Source: Sporopachydermia quercuum (taxonomy: Eukaryota). From it: a DNA stretch of 64,000 nt. The DNA lies in NCBI GenBank assembly GCA_001599295.1, contig BCGN01000003.1:1612001-1676000 (forward strand). The letters run 5' to 3'. The notes below the pieces were generated by a model that was not told the origin of the DNA, did no database searches, and saw nothing but the letters and a program-made list of their open reading frames with translations. Shown piece by piece: positions 58,155-64,000 of the stretch (position 1 is its first letter; every line of letters begins with the position of its first letter). Both the position numbers and the translations under genes were made by a program.

Positions 58155-58776
58155 TCAGAAATCAATGCTTCATTTTTCATCGTTCGTCTCTCGTTCCCTT
58201 CTAGACCCTCCCTGATTATGTCGAAGTGAGGCCCGAGGTCTGTTTAGAGTTTATCATTCCAGAAAAGGGAATTCATGTTACATAATCCCGGAACTTTAAT
58301 TCCCTTGTAATGAGGCAGTAAAACCACAAACTAGATCTACTGAAAGGTTGATTGNTAACTATTAGCCTATAATATCTAATGAAAGAAACAGGTTTTGTTA
58401 GTTGCTGATAATTACTGCTAATAGTCAATAGCTGTTCGGTTGTTAATTGTTGTTGATAATTTATAAACAGCTGGATTAGATAAATGGAAAGCAATCTTTG
58501 CAAGTGATAAGTGTTTGTAAAGATATTACTTATAGATTTGACAATAGCTACAGAATAGCTAGAACATATATTTACATATTGCAATAGGATCGTTATATAT
58601 TCACTATCTGGTATCGTTAGGAGAATAACTGGAGCATTCGACTTAATTCTGCGTCTTTCATTGCTCTTGATAATTACAAGCTATAAGCAATTGACATAGT
58701 TAATACAGCGAATTGTCAAGCAGCAGCATCATCAATAGTATCAATAGCAGCATAATAAGACATAATAACAAGCACA

Positions 58777-60432
58777 ATGGGAAGACCAAGAGTAAGTATT
58801 CTTTTCTTTGAATAAATGGAAGAAATGGAAGAAATTGAATGGTCTGTCAATCGCTTCCAATTGACCGGTTATATATGCTTAATTAGGAACTTATTTATAA
58901 ATATACATATGAATGATCCTGCTCCCTATGGTTATTGTTACTGTTATAAAATCCATCATGAATGATAACAATATAGGCTGGCTAATCATCAACATATCAC
59001 ATATCTATTAGATCGGCATCTACAGCAATTACGTCAATATTTGGCTTCGCGTTGAGTTCATCGTTCCGCTATGGTCTATCAGAAGGTTTAGTTCTCGTTT
59101 AATACATTTACTTTTAGTTTTACATCTGCATATCCAACGAGCAGAGAACCAATCAGCTAGTAAATTATTCAATGTCAGCATTTTAAACCCTCAGATTTTG
59201 AAACCCGAAACCCAAATATCCTCAGGCGCAACTCTGAGGAACAAATCCTAAAAATCGGAAACTTGACAATAACAATGCAAATACCGGTTTTCAATCTGCG
59301 GTCATGAAAGGAACTTGATGTACATAAAGCTCTTTGAACGTTTAATTGGCCTCAATTAGACTAAATCGGGTTTCAATTGATTTTACTCGGTCTTGATACC
59401 GCTCATATTCATTTATGAGTGACAAAGCTGAAAGTCTGAAAGTATGGGTGATGGCTCCAATTCCTTAATTCAGCACTTTTCTTCCATTTCAGGCAATCGC
59501 ACCCCTTCTCCCCTTTCTACTCCTCCATTATTCTAATACTAACCATCCTTTAGCTAATAATTCTCATCCGACATGGAGAATCGGAAGGAAACTGCGACAA
59601 ATCCATCAACCGCTCCGTACCGAACCATAAAATCAACCTTACCCTTCTCGGGAAACAACAAGCCCAGAAAGCGGGGCGCGAGCTCCGGAAGCTCCTCGTT
59701 CCCCACGATAAAATCTTATTCTACACATCTCCGTACGCCAGAACTCGGCAAACAATGGAAAATGTAAAGGCGGGCATTTCCGACCTTCCCGATATCCACA
59801 TAGATGTCCACGAAGAACCAAGAATGCGCGAACAGGATTTTGGTAACTTCCAAGCCGATCCGGAAGAAATGGAACGGATTTGGGTAGAACGAGCCACTTA
59901 CGGTCATTTTTTCTACCGCATTCCAAATGGGGAAAGCGCAGCCGATGTGTATGACCGAGTTGCCGGATTCAACGAAAGTTTGTTCCGACAGTTTAATTCC
60001 CCGAATTTCCCCACCGTTTTGGTATTAGTTACCCACGGCATTTGGGCTCGGGTGTTTTTAATGAAATGGTACCGGTGGAGCGTCGAGCAATTTGAAAGTT
60101 TACGGAATATTCGGCATTGTGACTTACTTATTATGGAAAGAGAAGTGAAACCTGATTGGCAGGGAAGTGGGGCAGAAAGCGGAGCAGAAAGTGACGTGGA
60201 TGATACCCAATTTGGTGAAATACCCGATTTGCACTATAGATATAAGCTTAAGAATCATATGAGAACATGGGAAGATTTGGATGAGGGGGAAAAATTAGAG
60301 GCCAAAGTTGATGAGTCCAAAAAGGAGAACGGAGAGGGGCAAGATGATGAGCAGAGTGAGGAGCTGGAGCTTGATGAAAGTGTAAAGAAAGATCGGATAT
60401 TGCTGGAGAAGTTTAGGAGCATTATTACCTGA
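58777..60432 (+). CDS. DET1: Histidine phosphatase (phosphoglycerate mutase-like) Det1, 297 aa, 2 exons (58777-58791, 59554-60432)
   Basis: MGRPR|LIILIRHGESEGN, YTSPY.RTRQT, EEPRMREQDFGNFQ, YGHFFYRIPNGESAADVYDR, LVTHGIWARVFLMKW; intron 58792-59553 GTAAGT...TACTAAC 59537-43...TAG. Confidence 0.92.
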
Positions 60433-61972
60433 AATATGGGTAGTGCGAATAAGAAAGCGGGGACTGGATAGTGGAAATTCAGGAGCAAAGACTAATTGGA
60501 GGACGAATTGTGGAGCAAATTACATAGGTTTCGTTATACTTTTAGAACAGCTGAAAAGTGAACTTGAATAGAATACCGGGTGTTATAACGAGAATTTACA
60601 GTGGTGTAGACTATAATTCAAATCAAAACCGGAATTAACTCAGGAATATCGTAGAGTGTAGAAAGTATCCGTATTGGAGATCCAGAAAAGATGTGCAGAA
60701 GCAGAATACAAAATCGGTGTAAAATTCGAGAATACCGGAAACAATATCAGGAAACTGGAAATAATCTCGGAGAATCTCCAACAGGATTATATCCAAATGT
60801 TTCTCCTCGATTATCGCCTTTATTTTCCTATTTTCATACCACTTATCTAACAGAAGCGGAAGCATAAATCATTAGAGTATACTATCGTATCTTTGAGTCG
60901 TTTTATTTATCGTTTTATTTATTGGGAAGTTCGGGATTATTGCTTTATAGTATCCCTTCCTGTTCCTCCTGGCTATCAGCCATTTGACAACCAAATTCAG
61001 CAAAAAAATACCATTCATTGTAACCAGATGTTGCTAGATTATTATTTTTGCTGCTTGCTGTTTCCACTAAACGTTCAATCTACTCTAAGCAAGTCGTTTA
61101 TAAATACATTAAGTTGACATATGAAGATACATAATAGTCCAATGGGCTTTATGAGTATTAATTCCGTAATATGTTATCTTTTCCGTAGAATTAGGACATA
61201 ATAGCTTAAGCTGTTACTTATCAAGTACAAATCTGACTTCAATCTCTCATCAGCTGATTTACTGTATTCTGCTATTTTATGCTATTTTTTATGCTATTTA
61301 CTATTGTTTATTATGGGTCTATTTATCTCTTGAGCTATGTTTGATATTCAGAAGCATTTTTCTTATTTCTTCTTTCTTTCTATTCACATTCTAGTTTTTC
61401 ATTGTAGCATTCAGTTGGTGGAATGAATACTCATCTATCCGTATCTATTATTGCATTCCAAGCCATTATATTACATTATATTACATGGTTATTCGGAACA
61501 TATTATATTATTCATTTGCTACAGACTGACTGCCGTTGGTTGGTATCATTATCAACATGAAAGTGCTGATGATTAGAACCTTAGAACCTGTGACCATCAT
61601 TGTGATACTTTCGTATCTGTTGATGTGATTAAGCTGCTCTGTGTGAGATGAGCAGTGAATGACCGAACTGTAGAACGTTCATTGATTAGACGATTCAATG
61701 ATTTTCCTTGCAGAATTTTGGCTGGCTATCAGAAATACGTTTTCCAGCCGAACTGGGCGTTGATTCAGGAATTGAATAGATAAATCAAAAAACAGTAGAT
61801 AGCAAATAGATGATAAATAATAAAAAATAAAGCAGTCTTAATGTCATTTATTCTAGTTCAACCTTATACGACCTATATATTCTTCCTCATTCCCCTTCCC
61901 TTATTACGGTTATTTCTATCACTTCTCATTAACTAATCATGGCAACTAATCCAATCCAACTTGATGATATTA

Positions 61973-63193
61973 CTATTCCATGCTAATCATGAAATTCAAA
62001 GCAGCTTTATTATAATTTTTATTAGTTTTAGCATCGGCCAGTTTTCCTGTTGATTCAGCTGTTGATTGAGTTGCAGTAGGACTGGCGTCCACAGTAGCAT
62101 TACTATTGCTATTGCTATTGCTATCAGCATTACTACTATTATTACTGTTGTTATTGCTGTCAACGTTACTATAATCAGCTTTATTCATGTTACTGCTTTC
62201 TCTTGGAGTTAAATTCTCGCGATCCCATATTTTTTTCTGCTCACGAATAAAAGATTCAGAGTTTCTCTTTTGATGCATTGATCGTCTGTTTCCACTTGGT
62301 TTGCTTATCCTGTTGATCTTACCTGGTGGACTTGGAGGGTTACCAGTATTAGCTGTAGAGACATTACTACTGATATTACTGGTAGCTGTTGAATTGATCC
62401 CAGTTGCACTTCCGCTTGATTCTTTCTTCGTCTTATTACTTTCATCATCGCTGGTATCTGATCTTGTCTCTTTAACGACAGAGTTCTTCTTTTTGGGCTC
62501 CCAGACATGGAATTGCAGTGATGGGCTTTTAGGAGATTCAGGCGTTGATGTGGCTGTTGCTTCTGGAACAGTTGGGAATCGGAAGGAAGGTAAAGACTGC
62601 GAATGAGAATAGGTAGGTGGTTGTGATGGATGATGTATGTGTGAGTCTGATAGTGAAGGAGAAAACATTTCTCTTGATTGAGCAGCTGCAGGAGCACCAG
62701 GAGCAACAGGAGCAGGAGTAGCAAAAGCAATAGAGCCAGTGTTACCACTAGGATTAGAACTAGGATTGGGATTGGGATTAGAATGCGTTGTTATACTTAT
62801 GGGGGTTCCTTGTGGAGTACCATATATTCTTGATGATTCATTTTCATATCTATAATTGCTGGCTATTTGATGCTGATTATGCTGACTAGGCTGGGGTTGA
62901 TTATGTTGATGTCGCTGCTGTCTGGAAGCAGAATCCAATTCTGCACTTGCTTGTTGGTAAAAAGAAGGAATCTGAGTAGGTGGCACATTGTATTTTATGG
63001 CTTCACGCAATAAATCAAGCGAATGTTTCAATCGTTCCATTTTATAATATTCCTGTTTGCTCTTTTCTTGCTCAACTCTCAATCCAATGGCTAATTGTAG
63101 AGAATCTTCAGAATATGGCCATGTTTGAACTTCAGAACCTAATAGACTTGAAAGCAAAGGCTCTCTTTTAGGAGGCCAGGCGCTTCGATCCAT
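61973..63193 (-). CDS. BOP3: Bop3-like low-complexity protein, 406 aa
   Basis: N-terminal LLG..V.TWPYSEDSL..AI.LRVEQEKSKQEYYKME.L..SLDL matches my recollection of the Bop3 N-domain; remainder is S/N/P/Q-rich. Confidence 0.7.
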   Translation of the reverse strand: MDRSAWPPKREPLLSSLLGSEVQTWPYSEDSLQLAIGLRVEQEKSKQEYYKMERLKHSLDLLREAIKYNVPPTQIPSFYQQASAELDSASRQQRHQHNQPQPSQHNQHQIASNYRYENESSRIYGTPQGTPISITTHSNPNPNPSSNPSGNTGSIAFATPAPVAPGAPAAAQSREMFSPSLSDSHIHHPSQPPTYSHSQSLPSFRFPTVPEATATSTPESPKSPSLQFHVWEPKKKNSVVKETRSDTSDDESNKTKKESSGSATGINSTATSNISSNVSTANTGNPPSPPGKINRISKPSGNRRSMHQKRNSESFIREQKKIWDRENLTPRESSNMNKADYSNVDSNNNSNNSSNADSNSNSNSNATVDASPTATQSTAESTGKLADAKTNKNYNKAALNFMISME

Positions 63194-63539
63194 TGTGGCT
63201 AATGCAATTTTAGATATTTTGAAGGTATTTGAAAATGGAAGTTACGATCCGATAGTTGATAGTATTCTAATAGGTAGTTGATCCTATCCTGAATACTATG
63301 AGCTATGAATGAGCTAGAAGATAAGAGATGTAATTTGAGATGCGATGTGAACAGCTGCTTGCAGTTTGAGGCTCAGAAATTCATGCAATTCAGGCAGTTG
63401 CAGTTGAATAATACAAATGGATGTGAAATGAATGCAAGCTTAGTAGCAAATGATAATAGCTGAATTATCTTGGTAGGCACTGCTGGATGATGCGTTTGGT
63501 TGATTCCTTTGCTAGGTTGCGTGTGGATCAACTATTTGC

Positions 63540-63586
63540 ATCAACTGGTCTAATCAACTGGTCTAATCAACTGGTCTAATCAACTG
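63540..63586. repeat. Tandem repeat, 3.6 x 13 bp ATCAACTGGTCTA
   Basis: Exact units at 63540, 63553, 63566 and a partial at 63579. Confidence 0.9.
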
Positions 63587-64000
63587 TTTCCTTTTTGCTT
63601 TTATCGAATATTCTCGTACTCTTGATCCTGTTGAATATTCATGCAATAAATAAATGAATTCAATCCAAGGAAGAACTGATAAGATAGAAGCTATTAGTAT
63701 TCCTGTATCCACAAGTAGAGTAGATCGCTTACTATTATCCCCAATATGAAACTCTTCACTCTTCACTATTCCTTTGAGGGTAAGATTCCAATTAAAAACG
63801 CCAAAATGAGACGAAACGAAAAATAACTAGTCTGTTAAAGACTATTTCGAAGCCGAAGAAAGAAATAAGAAAAACCCCTACAAAGGTATGAATGGTGAGA
63901 TGAGTGTGGGTTTATTAGATTCAAATCTAATAACGGAAGCCAATAGGATTTGAGATTCAAGCAAATGGAAAGCAAAATGAAAGAAAAGTAGGAATAGAGG

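Noticed and set aside
59425..59475. GAAAGTCTGA and AATTCAG as RNase P conserved regions
   Set aside because: Only about 35 nt apart, so they cannot form the RNase P architecture.
13..63766. Numerous 60-150 aa antisense or overlapping ORFs in the track
   Set aside because: They are shadows of real genes or AT-rich intergenic noise, many without ATG and with no recognisable motifs.
1..64000. tRNA, rRNA genes, LTRs or transposases
   Set aside because: No cloverleaf/B-box context, rRNA sequence, paired LTRs or transposon ORFs seen by eye; tRNAscan-SE and a repeat library search would be needed to exclude degenerate copies.

Overview
AT-rich, gene-dense eukaryotic DNA from a budding yeast (Saccharomycotina). 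It uses the standard code: CTG sits at conserved Leu positions. About 28 protein-coding genes are present: STE4 (partial), TAF14, AIM41, ARC40, ADE13, Pom33-like, DAD3, ECM7-like, IMP dehydrogenase, RPS1, ILV5, a DHX57/YLR419W-type helicase, two MFS transporters, a C2H2 protein, XanA-type xanthine dioxygenase, HIS3, a DUF676 lipase, SLT11/ECM2, a YBR062C-type RING protein, RSM10, TRM7, KRS1, eIF3h, DET1, BOP3-like, and two orphan ORFs. I reconstructed 11 spliceosomal introns in 9 genes by hand. These correct many ORF-track starts and reveal DAD3, which the track misses. Two box C/D snoRNAs are recognisable from rRNA-complementary guides: snR54 in the IMD intron and a free-standing double-guide snR47. 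The best leads are a GG-dinucleotide cluster in the IMD promoter resembling the IMD2 GTP-sensing start-site switch, a 762-nt structured DET1 intron, an AAG 3' splice site in TRM7, and a mixed Rap1/Fhl1/Cbf1 RPS1 promoter. I saw no tRNA, rRNA, transposon or CRISPR, and cannot claim a wholly new system. Family assignments are from recalled motifs, not database searches.
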